Shown in pieces: positions 16,932 through 28,072 of a stretch of 30,472 nucleotides of DNA. The notes under the pieces were generated by a model. That model was not told the DNA's origin, made no database searches, and saw nothing but the letters and a program-made list of their open reading frames with translations. How positions within the stretch are numbered: position 1 is the first letter of the stretch; the number at the start of each line of letters is the position of its first letter. Position numbers and translations under genes: made by a program. Source of the stretch: a bacterium (lineage in GTDB: Bacteria; Bdellovibrionota; JAFGOL01); assembly GCA_037128035.1 (NCBI GenBank), contig JBAXXF010000001.1, positions 1 through 30,472 on the forward strand, read 5' to 3'.

Positions 16932-16983
16932 ATATTACAGCAGATTGCTGTCTTTGGCAATCTATGATAACACTAGCTACAGT
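16932..16983. promoter_or_regulatory. back-to-back sigma70 promoters sharing a TTGGCAA -35 region
   Basis: Minus strand: TTGCCA (16960-16955), 17 bp, TAATAT (16937-16932). Plus strand: TTGGCA (16954-16959), 18 bp, TACAGT (16978-16983). Confidence 0.5.
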
Positions 16984-17004
16984 AACTTAATAAGGGGTTG
17001 AATA

Positions 17005-18750
17005 ATGAATATTGAAACTGTAAGACATTCTTTTTCGCACGTTATGGCAGCGGCTGTGTTGGAAATGAGACCAGATACAAAACTTGCCATAGGCCCGGCT
17101 ATCTCTACGGGTTTTTACTACGATTTTAAATTCGCGCAGGATTTTAGCGAAACAGAATTTAGAGAAATAGAAAAGAGAATGAAGAAGATGATCCAGAGGA
17201 AACTTCCTTTTGAACACTCTGAGATGCCGATAGATGAAGCAATTGAATATTACAAAAAAGCTGGCAATGAATTTAAGGCTGAACTGATAACGGACCTTAA
17301 AAAAGAAGGTGAGACAAAAGTAAGCTTTTATAAAATGGGTGATTTCGTTGACCTATGCAAAGGACCACACGTTGCTAACACCGGCGAGCTACCTGTAGAT
17401 ATTTTTAAACTTGATAAGACGGCTGGAGCATATTGGAGGGGAGATGAAAAGAACCCGATGCTCACAAGAATATATGCGTTGGCCTTTGAAACAAAGGAAT
17501 TGCTGGCTGACTTTATAGCAAAAAGAGAAGATGCACTAAAACGCGATCACAGAAAACTTGGGACAGAGCTTGATCTCTTTTCTTCCAGCGAGGAAGTAGG
17601 GCCTGGACTTATCTCTTGGCATCCAAAGGGCGCACGCATCCGCCATCTGATAGAGACGTATTGGAAAAATGAACATTACAAGAATGGCTACGACCTGGTT
17701 AACACACCTCATATAGGAAGGTCCAATCTTTGGGAGACATCCGGGCACTTGGGCTTTTATGCAGAGAACATGTATTCACCCATGGAGATAGACGAGAATA
17801 AGTATTATGTAAAACCTATGAACTGTCCGTTCCATATTATGATCTATAAGGCTAACAAGCACTCATACAGGAACCTTCCTCTTAGGTGGGCAGAACTTGG
17901 TACCGTCTATAGATATGAAAAATCAGGTGTCCTTCATGGCCTTATGAGAGTAAGGGGCTTTACCCAGGATGATGCACATATAATCTGTGCACAGGAGCAG
18001 ATCAACGACGAGATAGCAGAAGTCTTAAGGTTCTCTTTGGAGATATGGAAGACCTTCGGCTTTAATGAGATCAAGGCTTACATTGCTACAAAACCGGAAG
18101 GCAGCGTAGGTGATATAGCTAACTGGAATACGGCAACAGAAGCTTTAAAGAAAGCCGTTATCAAAGAAGGCATCAGCTATGAAATGGATGAGGGCGGCGG
18201 TTCTTTCTACGGACCTAAAATAGATCTAAAGATAAAGGACGCTCTAGATAGAGAATGGCAGATGACCACCATTCAGTTTGACTTTAATCTGACTGAACGT
18301 TTCAATATGACATACACGGACAGCGAAGGAAAAGAGATGCGTCCGTTCATGGTACATAGGGCACTGCTTGGTTCATTGGAAAGATTTTTTGGAGTGCTTA
18401 TAGAGCATTATGCTGGTGCATTCCCGCTGTGGCTTGCTCCGATACAGGTCAGACTTCTTTCTGTAACAGATAGGAGCAATGATCTTATAAACACCCTTGA
18501 GAAAAAATTGAAAGACAATGATGTAAGGGTAGAGGCGGATATAAGGAATGAGTCAGTCGGTAAAAAGATAAGAGAAGGAAGACTGCAGAGAATACCTTAC
18601 CTTGTTGTTATAGGTGATGAAGAGATAAAGAATAACACGGTCATGGTGAGGAACAGAGACACACAGGAACAAAAGTCCCTTTCCATAGACGAGTTCATTA
18701 ATACACTTAAAGAGGAAGATAAGAGCAGATCATTAAAGCTTTCAGTTTAG
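17005..18750 (+). CDS. thrS: threonine--tRNA ligase (short form lacking the N-terminal TGS domain)
   Basis: Motifs RHS.SH, DLCKGPH, RDHRKLG, KPMNCPFH, GLMRVRGFTQDDAH, FYGPKID and HRA.LGS.ERF. Confidence 0.98.
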   Translation: MNIETVRHSFSHVMAAAVLEMRPDTKLAIGPAISTGFYYDFKFAQDFSETEFREIEKRMKKMIQRKLPFEHSEMPIDEAIEYYKKAGNEFKAELITDLKKEGETKVSFYKMGDFVDLCKGPHVANTGELPVDIFKLDKTAGAYWRGDEKNPMLTRIYALAFETKELLADFIAKREDALKRDHRKLGTELDLFSSSEEVGPGLISWHPKGARIRHLIETYWKNEHYKNGYDLVNTPHIGRSNLWETSGHLGFYAENMYSPMEIDENKYYVKPMNCPFHIMIYKANKHSYRNLPLRWAELGTVYRYEKSGVLHGLMRVRGFTQDDAHIICAQEQINDEIAEVLRFSLEIWKTFGFNEIKAYIATKPEGSVGDIANWNTATEALKKAVIKEGISYEMDEGGGSFYGPKIDLKIKDALDREWQMTTIQFDFNLTERFNMTYTDSEGKEMRPFMVHRALLGSLERFFGVLIEHYAGAFPLWLAPIQVRLLSVTDRSNDLINTLEKKLKDNDVRVEADIRNESVGKKIREGRLQRIPYLVVIGDEEIKNNTVMVRNRDTQEQKSLSIDEFINTLKEEDKSRSLKLSV

Positions 18751-19758
18751 TTTTTTGTTCTTGTTTTTGACTTCAGCAGTACCAGTCGTCTTGAGTTCAA
18801 GCTTTTCGTCCTCTTTTGGGTCCGAAATGCTTCCGTTCATATATTTTTCTCTTGCCGCTGTTGCCGCATCTATTTGCATTGTCCCGTTCTTTCTATCCCT
18901 GTCTGCATCTGTGCTAGGAAGGACCACACCATTGGCCGCCGTATTGGTCTTGCTGATGACCTCAGATAGGCTTATCTGTTTTTCTTCTATATTGTCGTGG
19001 CTGTAATACATCTTTCCACCGATTATGAGTAGCGCTACAAGTGCAGACACCGCTATTGCCGCCTGAGGCTGCATAATGGTCGTCCTGAACGTATCCACTA
19101 TCACGGACAGATAATTTGCGATCCTTTCTCTACTCTCAGATCTTTCTTTATGAGGAGAAGGCATCATCTCTATGATCGCATCTATCCTCTTTAACTGAGC
19201 ATCAAAATATTGTTCGTTTGGAAGAGGAACAGATAGTTTCTTAAGATTTAAAACGATCCTTTCAACTTGTTTTGTCTCTTTTTTGCACGCTTCACATGAG
19301 TCCAAGTGAGCCTGTATGCTAGACGGTATGGATTCATCCATAAAAAGATTTACTATATATTCTTGTGCTTTGTCACATTCGTCCGTTGGCATTCCTTCAA
19401 AGGCCTTTTCTGTTATCTTGTCAGCAAGGGTCGCAAAATAATCGTCAGTTTTTTCTTCTCTTGTATCCACCTGATCTGTGCTGAACATTAATTTTACTGT
19501 CAGTGTATATTCTTCCATGCAATCATCACATGATTCCATGTGGTTCTTTATTTCTGTAGCTCTTGCCTCGCTCAATGTTCCTTCGCAGAAGTCTACCAGG
19601 CTTTCCTTAACTTCTTGGCAATCCAATCCGATGTTCTTCATGATCTTGTCCTCAAGATCAGCAAAGTACTTATCATCAGCTTTCTTAGGTAGACCGACCT
19701 CTAGCTTTTTTATGTTCTTCAGAAGTCCCCTAAGCTTTTTTGTTCCATCTTTACTCAT
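18742..19758 (-). CDS. membrane anti-sigma factor with two tandem ZAS (zf-HC2) zinc fingers
   Basis: Ligand sets C47/H73xxxC77xxC80 and C128/H151xxxC155xxC158, a TM helix at ~residues 233-249 and a C-terminal extracytoplasmic tail; lies directly downstream of the ECF sigma. Confidence 0.85.
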   Translation of the reverse strand: MSKDGTKKLRGLLKNIKKLEVGLPKKADDKYFADLEDKIMKNIGLDCQEVKESLVDFCEGTLSEARATEIKNHMESCDDCMEEYTLTVKLMFSTDQVDTREEKTDDYFATLADKITEKAFEGMPTDECDKAQEYIVNLFMDESIPSSIQAHLDSCEACKKETKQVERIVLNLKKLSVPLPNEQYFDAQLKRIDAIIEMMPSPHKERSESRERIANYLSVIVDTFRTTIMQPQAAIAVSALVALLIIGGKMYYSHDNIEEKQISLSEVISKTNTAANGVVLPSTDADRDRKNGTMQIDAATAAREKYMNGSISDPKEDEKLELKTTGTAEVKNKNKKLN

Positions 19759-19772
19759 ATATTCTCCAAACC

Positions 19773-20348
19773 TTATGCCGCATCCATTATCTTTGCATGT
19801 TTTCTAAGACTGTTTATTGCGTGTCTAAAGTTTGCCTTTGCAGTATCGTAAGGACATTCCATTATGTCCGCTATTTCCTTGAATGGTAGTTCATCAAAGA
19901 CCCTCAAGGTAAGAGCAAGTTTTTGTTTGGCCGGCAGTTTTTCTATTTCCTCCGCCAACAAGGTCTGAAGCTCCTGGTTCTCTATACTTTCTCCAGCTCT
20001 TGGTGTCACGTGAAGTACTACGCTTTCATAGTCGACCATATCTCTTAATGAACTTGCTTTCAAGGTGTTCTTGGCCGTGTTTATAGCAATACTATATAGC
20101 CAACTCTTGAAACTGGATTTTCCTTCGAATGTATGGATGTTCTTATATGCTTTTATGAAGGTGTCTTGTACTATATCGTCGGTGGTGCCGTGGTCTTTCA
20201 TCATGCTGAATACTATTGCGTACACACCTCTCTGGTGAGTTCTAACAAGGATGTTAAAGGCAGTCTTATTGCCTTCCTTTACCTGCTTAGCCAGAGCGAG
20301 ATCTATGGCTTTTGGATCTCTTTGGTTTTGAGCCAGTATCTGAGCCAT
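19773..20348 (-). CDS. ECF RNA polymerase sigma factor (sigma24-like)
   Basis: Region 2 (DDIVQDTFIKAY..I.TF...SSFKSWLYSIAIN) and region 4 (LP.KQK.AL.L.....L.FKEIA.IM.CP); AGGAG RBS. Confidence 0.95.
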   Translation of the reverse strand: MAQILAQNQRDPKAIDLALAKQVKEGNKTAFNILVRTHQRGVYAIVFSMMKDHGTTDDIVQDTFIKAYKNIHTFEGKSSFKSWLYSIAINTAKNTLKASSLRDMVDYESVVLHVTPRAGESIENQELQTLLAEEIEKLPAKQKLALTLRVFDELPFKEIADIMECPYDTAKANFRHAINSLRKHAKIMDAA

Positions 20349-20409
20349 AATTACTCCTATCGGTTAAATCTGTAATGGGGTATAATAAAAATATTAGACA
20401 CCATGTCTG

Positions 20410-20438
20410 TTTATACAACAATTTAAGGGATTTGTCAA
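20410..20438 (-). promoter_or_regulatory. probable sigma70 promoter for the ECF/anti-sigma operon
   Basis: TTGACA (20438-20433), a 17-bp spacer and TATAAA (20415-20410). Confidence 0.5.
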
Positions 20439-20450
20439 GGAAAAGTGAGC

Positions 20451-21383
20451 ATGAGAGATATTATTTTTGGTCCGGTTAAATCAAGACGCCTGGGCGATTC
20501 GTTGGGCATAGATCTTACCCCGCACAAGACCTGCAACCTTGATTGCATATATTGTGAGTGTGGTAAGACGACCAAGCTCACAAATACGAGAGAGAATTAC
20601 TACAAACTGGAAGACATTTTAAAGGAAATAGATGAGGCGGTAAGGACAAGAGGCCATATTGACTACATCACCTTTTCGGGAAGCGGGGAGCCAGCCCTCT
20701 ATAAGGATATAAGAAAGCTCATATCAGAGATAAAAAGTCGTTACCCACATATTAAGTTGGCCATACTGACCAATTCCCTTTTTCTTACTGACAAAGATGT
20801 CTTTGATGCTTTTTTAGAGGCAGACCTTGTTCTTCCTTCTATTGATAGCGTCTTAGATGAAGGCTTTAATAAGATCAATAGACCTCATCCTGACATAAGG
20901 CTTGCTGAGGTTCTTGAGTCGTTAATACGCTTTAAGAAGGCATATAAGGGCGATCTGTGGGCAGAGGTCTTTATCTGTCCTGGCATCAACGACACGGACA
21001 AAGAACTTACAGCTCTTGCAGAGTATTTAAAAAAACTTTCTCCAGATAAGGTCCAAATTAATACGCTGGATAGGCCAGGAACTGAAAAATGGCTTAAGCC
21101 ATTAGACCAGGAAGGGCTTGATAAGGTCCTTAAGTTCTTTAAGGGCTTGCCTGTTGATGTGGTTTCGCGCAAACTTTTATCGTCTGAAAAAAAGGAAGAG
21201 AAAGGTTTTGAACCTGTGCTTGAAACACTAAAAAGACGCCCATTAACTTTAAAGGATATTGTAGGTATGTCTGGCCACACAGAGGCTGAAGCAAGGACAT
21301 GGATAGACACACAAATAAAGGCGCAAAAGATAGACGTCAACAAAGTCAACGATAAAGAGACTTTTTATTCAATAAAGAAGTAG
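20451..21383 (+). CDS. radical SAM protein (uncharacterised FGPVxSRRLG family)
   Basis: CxxxCxxC (CNLDCIYC), FSGSGEP, LTNS and PGIND. The ATG at 20451 fits the AAGGA RBS; GTG at 20445 is an alternative start. Confidence 0.9.
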   Translation: MRDIIFGPVKSRRLGDSLGIDLTPHKTCNLDCIYCECGKTTKLTNTRENYYKLEDILKEIDEAVRTRGHIDYITFSGSGEPALYKDIRKLISEIKSRYPHIKLAILTNSLFLTDKDVFDAFLEADLVLPSIDSVLDEGFNKINRPHPDIRLAEVLESLIRFKKAYKGDLWAEVFICPGINDTDKELTALAEYLKKLSPDKVQINTLDRPGTEKWLKPLDQEGLDKVLKFFKGLPVDVVSRKLLSSEKKEEKGFEPVLETLKRRPLTLKDIVGMSGHTEAEARTWIDTQIKAQKIDVNKVNDKETFYSIKK

Positions 21384-22310
21384 TTAGTAACGACCACAAA
21401 TAACGATCGTAACAGAATCTATAGTAAGTTCTATTAAATGGCCTAGTCCTGCATCACAGCCTGTGGATGTGTGGTTTACAGTGATGACCGGCGTTCTTCC
21501 TGGTTCACCCTGAATACCCTGAACACCCTGAGGTCCCGTTGAACCAGCAGGTCCTGTTTCACCCTGAAGCCCCTGAGGTCCTCTAGGTCCTGTAGCTCCC
21601 TGAGGTCCTGTTGATCCTGCAGGTCCCTGAAGTCCCTGAGGTCCTGTTGCTCCTGTTGCTCCTGTTGGTCCCTGAGGTCCTACGAATCCTCTTGGTCCCT
21701 GTTCACCCTGAGCTCCTGCCGGTCCAGTTGCACCTACAGGTCCTGTCGGGCCAGGTATGCCATTAAATGAATATTGCTGTATCAAAGTCTGAAGATCAGA
21801 AACTGTTTTGCCCATAGCGCTTACTTCAGCGTTCAACTGAGCGATAGTTCCAGAAAGTATACCAAAGCAAACCTGGTTAACTGAACCAAGTAGTGCAGCA
21901 TTAGTGAACATGTTCTCTACAGATGTACCATCGGCGAATGTTGCCGCTTCTATTTTTGCTATTTCATTCTGTAGTGAGCTGTACACCGTCTGTCCTTCGC
22001 AGATACTTACGTTCCTATAGAAGTCGGTGATAACAGTGTTAGCGTTAGTGATAAATGTACAAGCGGCCTCGCAGGTAGTACCTGTGCAAGCAGCTGAGGA
22101 AGGTAGAGCTAATGCGCTCATTTGAGGAGCCTGAGCACTAAGATCTACAGCTTCTTGATAAAGGACTTGGCATGATGTTGTTGTAGGATTGTTACCAGCG
22201 CTTGAGGTAAGGGCGGTATCTGTTCTAGCATCTCCGCTTCCTTTGCCACAACCGGTAAAGATAATTGAAGCTCCTAACAGCATGGGTATTATTACTAGTT
22301 TGGTTCCCAT
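21384..22310 (-). CDS. collagen-like lipoprotein
   Basis: Signal peptide with lipobox FTGC, a Cys-rich helical domain, a coiled coil, 30 Gly-X-Y triplets and a short C-terminal domain with two Cys. Start is the ATG at 22310, behind GGAGG. Confidence 0.88.
   Translation of the reverse strand: MGTKLVIIPMLLGASIIFTGCGKGSGDARTDTALTSSAGNNPTTTSCQVLYQEAVDLSAQAPQMSALALPSSAACTGTTCEAACTFITNANTVITDFYRNVSICEGQTVYSSLQNEIAKIEAATFADGTSVENMFTNAALLGSVNQVCFGILSGTIAQLNAEVSAMGKTVSDLQTLIQQYSFNGIPGPTGPVGATGPAGAQGEQGPRGFVGPQGPTGATGATGPQGLQGPAGSTGPQGATGPRGPQGLQGETGPAGSTGPQGVQGIQGEPGRTPVITVNHTSTGCDAGLGHLIELTIDSVTIVICGRY
21492..21761 (-). repeat. collagen Gly-X-Y repeat (30 uninterrupted triplets)
   Basis: [18 protein letters not shown] ... 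GEP GRT; 9-bp periodicity in the DNA. Confidence 0.95.
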
Positions 22311-22344
22311 ATATCCTCCAATGTACTTCAATTACCTATTCGGA

Positions 22345-22373
22345 ATTATAACAAGTAAAATTAGATAAGTCAA
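22345..22373 (-). promoter_or_regulatory. near-consensus sigma70 promoter for the collagen lipoprotein
   Basis: TTGACT (22373-22368), a 17-bp spacer and TATAAT (22350-22345) with an extended TGn. Confidence 0.75.
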
Positions 22374-22450
22374 CAAAATAGTTAAAATAACCCGTATCCC
22401 TAATAAATAGCTACCTAATTGAGCATTTTTGGGGTAGTTTAGGAGCCATT

Positions 22451-24836
<2,386 letters not shown>

Positions 24837-24837
<1 letters not shown>

Positions 24838-25652
24838 TGACCACGTTGGATTTGTATAACAATATTCTGGAAGCAAAGATCTTTTTCATACTGGGACCTT
24901 GCGTATTGGATACTCAAGAGAACGCAGAGGCTATAGCAGACAAGCTGGTCAAGATGAAAAGAAAATATAAGGTGCCTTTTATTTTTAAGGCTTCCTTTGA
25001 TAAGGCCAACAGACAATCTGTTGATTCTTACAGGGGTGTTAGCTTTGAACGCTCCAGAGAAATAATGAAGAGTATCAAGAAAGAGTATTCATTGCCGCTG
25101 ATAACAGATATTCACGAAAGTAGGCAAGCAGAGCTCGTAAAGGATTTTGCGGATATAATACAGATACCAGCCTTTTTATGCAGACAGACAGACCTATTGT
25201 TGGCGGCTGGAAAGACTGACGCCATAGTGAATATAAAGAAAGGACAGTTCGTCTCTGTAGACCAGATGGGCGATTCCATAAAAAAAGTTCAGTCAACAGG
25301 TAACAACAAGGTGATGCTGACAGAGAGAGGGACTTTCTTTGGTTATGGTGACCTTGTGGTTGATTTTAGGAACATAATGAAGATGACGAACCTAAATGTT
25401 CCTGTGATCTTTGATGCAACGCATAGTGTTCAGCGACCAGGTGGAAAAGGCAATACCTCTGGTGGAGAAAGGGAATACGTTAAACCGCTTGCATGTGCCG
25501 CGCTTGAATTTGGCGCGAAAGGGATATTCATGGAAGTTCATCCAAAACCGGAAACGGCCCTTTGTGATGGACCGAACTCTCTAGATTTTGAAATGTTAGA
25601 ACATACGGTCGCAGAAATAATGAAAAGGATCAAAGAGGTACATAATGTATAA
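24837..25652 (+). CDS. kdsA: Kdo-8-phosphate synthase (metal-dependent type, GPC motif)
   Basis: Motifs GPCV, FKASFDKANR, QIPAFLCRQT, NIKKGQF, ERG and DATHSVQ.PG. Confidence 0.96.
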
Positions 25653-26637
25653 GATGGACGTCATTCAACAGGCGAAGGCTGTCCTAGAGATAGAAGCAGG
25701 CGCTATAAATGATCTAAGGGAAACCATAGATGAAAAATTCAAGAACGTCATAGATGAGCTTGCCGCTGTAAAAGGCAGGGTTTTCTTGAGCGGGATAGGT
25801 AAGTCAGGGCTTGTGGCAAGAAAAATAGCCGCCACACTTTCTAGTACTGGAACACCATCGTTCTTTCTTCATCCAACAGAATGTTTTCACGGCGATGTGG
25901 GCATTATATCAAAGGACGACATAGGAATACTGCTTTCTAATTCTGGCGAGACAGAGGAATTACTTCAAGTGATACCTGTTCTAAAAAGGATAGGGGTTAA
26001 ACTTATAGCGATCACAGGAAAACAGGATTGCACACTTTCTAGGCGTAGCGACCACGTTCTTGTGGTCCATGTAAAAAAAGAAGCCTGCCCAATGGGGATA
26101 GTGCCAACAGCTTCTACCACTGCAATGCTTGCGCTGGGCGATGCTATGGCTGTGTCTCTACTGATAAAGAAAGGTTTTAATGAAGAGGATTTTGCAAAGC
26201 TACATCCTGGCGGCACCTTGGGAAGAAGACTACTTATCAGGGTCAAGGACCTAATGCACATGCCACCTAAGGTCCCACTTGTCAGCGAGAACGCTACAAT
26301 GAGGGAAACACTGATAGAGATGACATCAAAGAGCCTTGGTATAACGGGCGTAGTAGATAGTGATGGTTTTCTTATAGGCTCCGTTACAGACGGTGACTTA
26401 AGAAGGCATATGGAAAAGACCAGGAACTTTTTGGAAGACAACGTAAAGATGGCTATGGGCAAGAGCCCTAAAGTAATAGACGGCGAAGAACTTGCAGTGG
26501 ATGCCCTTAACATGATGGAGACTTACAAGATAACTCATATCTTTGTGGCTGAACCTGTAGAGTATAAAAAGACAGGCAAGATAAAGGCAGTAGGGATACT
26601 ACACATACACAATATACTTGGAGCAAAAATAATATAA
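25645..26637 (+). CDS. kdsD: arabinose-5-phosphate isomerase (KpsF/GutQ, SIS+CBS)
   Basis: Motifs GIGKSG, S.SG.T.E, PTASTT, HPGG.LG and TDGDLRR, plus a CBS pair. Confidence 0.95.
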   Translation: MYKMDVIQQAKAVLEIEAGAINDLRETIDEKFKNVIDELAAVKGRVFLSGIGKSGLVARKIAATLSSTGTPSFFLHPTECFHGDVGIISKDDIGILLSNSGETEELLQVIPVLKRIGVKLIAITGKQDCTLSRRSDHVLVVHVKKEACPMGIVPTASTTAMLALGDAMAVSLLIKKGFNEEDFAKLHPGGTLGRRLLIRVKDLMHMPPKVPLVSENATMRETLIEMTSKSLGITGVVDSDGFLIGSVTDGDLRRHMEKTRNFLEDNVKMAMGKSPKVIDGEELAVDALNMMETYKITHIFVAEPVEYKKTGKIKAVGILHIHNILGAKII

Positions 26638-27119
26638 TGGGCGGACTTGATTTTACAAAGATCAAATTACTTATTCTAGACGTTGATGGCGTTATGACCG
26701 ACGGCGGTTTTTATATAACTGCTTCCGGAGAGATGTCCAGAAAGTTCAACGTTCTGGACGGCTTTGGTATCAGGCAAGCTCTAAAGAAAGGCGTAGAAGT
26801 GGCTATCATAACCGGCGGAAAAACCGAGGCTGTTATCCACAGGAGCGAATATCTTGGTATCAAACATGTATTCATGGGCAGAGAGGACAAGCTTAGTGTT
26901 TACAATGAGAGCGTAAAACCATTGTTCAACTTAAAGGACGAGCAAGTTGCCTTTATTGGTGATGATGTTTACGACATACCTCTTTTGAACGCGGTCGGGA
27001 TGCCGATAACGGTCCCTAACGCGCATGAAAGTGTTAAAAAGGTGGCCAAATATATTACTTCAAAGCGTGGCGGAGAAGGCGCTGTAAGAGAAGTCATAGA
27101 TTTGATCATAGGAATATGA
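26637..27119 (+). CDS. kdsC: Kdo-8-phosphate phosphatase (HAD)
   Basis: Motifs LDVDGVMTDG, DGFGI, GDD..D and GG.GAVREV. Confidence 0.95.
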   Translation: MGGLDFTKIKLLILDVDGVMTDGGFYITASGEMSRKFNVLDGFGIRQALKKGVEVAIITGGKTEAVIHRSEYLGIKHVFMGREDKLSVYNESVKPLFNLKDEQVAFIGDDVYDIPLLNAVGMPITVPNAHESVKKVAKYITSKRGGEGAVREVIDLIIGI

Positions 27120-28072
27120 GAAAAAAAACCATACTATCAATAATAATTTTCAGTTTAGTGTTCCTGACGGGGTACTTTACATATTTCAAGATAAAGAACG
27201 TCCTTTCCCAAAAAGAAAGTTTCTTCCCTATAATCGCCGTAAAACATGAAGGCCCAACGATGAGAATAAAAGGCTTCAAGCTTGAAGAGTCCAACGGAGA
27301 AAAACTTGAATGGGTGCTTGCCGCAGATGAAGCACAGATGTTCAAGGACAAGGGAGAGATCCTTTTTACTACAGTCAGCACAGACGTTAAGGGCGACGGT
27401 AAAAAGAAAGAAGGATACGTCATCAAATCCAGTAGTGGAATGTATTACACAAAGGAAGATAAGATCAATTTTAGCGGTAAAGTGGATGTTAATACAAGCA
27501 ATGGATATAATTTTACTACAGAGAGCGTCCTTTACACAGCCAAGGACAAAAAGTTGGCAACAGACGACGACATAGCTGTAAAAGGTACTTTAGAAAAAGG
27601 CGATAAGATCTTTGTTACAGGAAAAGGTTTTAACGGTAACGCCGAGACAGGTGATTTTAATATAAGGGATAAGGTCTACACTAAAGTAGGTGCTAATCTG
27701 GAAATAAAGAGCAACAAGGTGACCATAAATACCAAGAAGTCGACGGCAATATTTGTGAATGAGATAGTCGCAAAAAAAGATAAGATGAACATAAAAGGTG
27801 ATAAGCTTGAGGTCACTTACGGGAAAAGCGGTGACGTCAATGATATAGACGTAGAAGGCAACGTTAAGCTGATGATGGATAAAAAGGTCGCGCTATGCGA
27901 TAATGCCGTCATAAAAGGGAATTCAAGTGAGATCGTGTTAACCGGCAAACCCGAGCTCCATGTAGGTGAAGATATAATGGTCGGGGAAAAGATAGTGTTC
28001 TTTACAGATAACGATGAGGTCTTTGTGGAAAAGGTAAAGGCCGACGTTTCTCGCAGGGGGTACAAGAAATAA
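27116..28072 (+). CDS. lptC: fused LptC-LptA (OstA) LPS transport protein
   Basis: An N-terminal TM and LptC-like jellyroll (~190 aa) followed in frame by an LptA-like jellyroll (...VEGNV......LTGKP....I.GEKI.F). It occupies the usual lptC-lptA position before lptB. Confidence 0.8.
   Translation: MRKKTILSIIIFSLVFLTGYFTYFKIKNVLSQKESFFPIIAVKHEGPTMRIKGFKLEESNGEKLEWVLAADEAQMFKDKGEILFTTVSTDVKGDGKKKEGYVIKSSSGMYYTKEDKINFSGKVDVNTSNGYNFTTESVLYTAKDKKLATDDDIAVKGTLEKGDKIFVTGKGFNGNAETGDFNIRDKVYTKVGANLEIKSNKVTINTKKSTAIFVNEIVAKKDKMNIKGDKLEVTYGKSGDVNDIDVEGNVKLMMDKKVALCDNAVIKGNSSEIVLTGKPELHVGEDIMVGEKIVFFTDNDEVFVEKVKADVSRRGYKK

Noticed and set aside
16984-17004. T-box or leader regulation of thrS
   Set aside because: The predicted leader is too short and has no T-box motif.
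20349-20444. Autoregulatory ECF promoter
   Set aside because: A GTCTAA is present but has no correctly spaced (G)AAC -35; the sigma70-like site fits better.
21492-21761. Periodic DNA as a CRISPR array or VNTR
   Set aside because: The 9-bp periodicity is explained by Gly-X-Y coding; there are no repeat-spacer units or cas genes.
22410-22438. Hairpin CTACC...GGTAG upstream of kdsB
   Set aside because: The stem is short and imperfect, has no convincing terminator context and does not cover the RBS.
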